A stretch of DNA of 64,000 bases from Camelus dromedarius. Its lineage: Eukaryota. The DNA lies in contig NC_087436.1 in the NCBI RefSeq assembly GCF_036321535.1, positions 54,872,001-54,936,000 on the forward strand, written 5' to 3'. The notes under the pieces were generated by a model. The model had not been told where the DNA came from. It made no database searches and saw only the letters and a program-made list of their open reading frames with translations. Below, piece by piece: positions 63,394-64,000 of the stretch (positions within the stretch are counted from its first letter, which is position 1; each line of letters begins with the position of its first letter). The position numbers and the translations under genes are program-made.

Positions 63394-64000
63394 TGTTGAT
63401 GAAAAGTTAATGAATAATCAATCTAAGAAAGAAATGGAAATTTTTATTTGAGCCAAACTGAGGCTTATAACCCAGAAGAGTCTCTCAAAGAGCTCTGAGA
63501 ACTGTTCTGAGCAATTAAGTAGGGAGGTCAATATATATGTGATTGTTGCAAAGGGGGCACATGTAATCAGGCACATATCTCAGTCGAAGATTGCTGCTAG
63601 TCACAAGGAATGGTCATCTTAGTTAATGGTTTTAGTGCTTTTCTAAGCATGGGAAAATGAAAAAATCCAGGTTCATAAAAAATTTCTCCTGAAAATACCT
63701 AACTATCTGAGAGCCAGTTCTACCAGTTCTCCCAGAGTACAAAGTGCCTCATCCTGATCTTCATCCCAAATTCCTTTTAGGATGTACTGTACGTCAGTGA
63801 CTGCAGTGGCTAATGACTCAATTCTTTTTCAGCTGGATGGTGGGCAACATTCTTTATTTTACAATCTCTTCCCTTTCAGTCTTAATTTTGACCAAGACTT
63901 GGGAGGCATTTTGTGACCAATTTGTCCTATGCACTAGGAATGCTCATTCCCAGTCAGGTATTTCATTGATGAGTCATTCAATCTGCTTTTACTGGAAGAG
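63394..64000 (-). mobile_element. ERV1-type 3' LTR (63394-63863) plus polypurine tract and internal sequence running off the window
   Basis: TG...CA bounded 470-bp LTR; minus strand reads AAAGGGAAGAGAT|TGTAAAATAAAG, a PPT directly before the LTR. Confidence 0.8.

Noticed and set aside
1..64000. Scattered STAT (TTCN3-4GAA) motifs; search for CRISPR arrays, operons, tRNA or rRNA genes
   Set aside because: The STAT-like motifs are not clustered beyond what AT-rich DNA would give. No repeat-spacer array, gene-dense region or structural RNA gene is visible in this mammalian non-coding sequence.

Overview
AT-rich, CpG-depleted non-coding DNA from a placental mammal (intron or gene desert). The youngest LINE-1 3' ends have a cetartiodactyl-type tail that I associate with camelids. 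No Alu, B1/B2, Bov-A/Bov-tA, CHR or PRE1 SINE is recognisable, so camelid is my best but unverified guess. I recognise no protein-coding gene, RNA gene, CpG island or prokaryotic-type feature. The ORF track is chance ORFs plus decayed L1 ORF2 pieces. Much of the window is interspersed repeat: MIR, L2, L4, old L1M, young L1 3' ends with target-site duplications (TSDs), MaLR/ERVL LTRs, six solo LTRs with TG...CA ends, MER5/MER20 DNA transposons, and a 3' LTR plus polypurine tract of a provirus that continues past the right edge. Several repeat-free blocks look like cis-regulatory elements (about 0.1-0.4, 6.9-7.1, 16.4-16.7, 42.2-42.7, 44.3-45.3, 52.6-53.1 and 56.0-56.2 kb). I found no convincing new biological system. 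The best leads are candidate enhancers, LTRs with intact promoter motifs and a few orphan exon-like segments. Repeat family names come from my memory of consensus sequences, not from a search. Boundaries of old repeats are approximate; those anchored by TSDs are read directly from the sequence.
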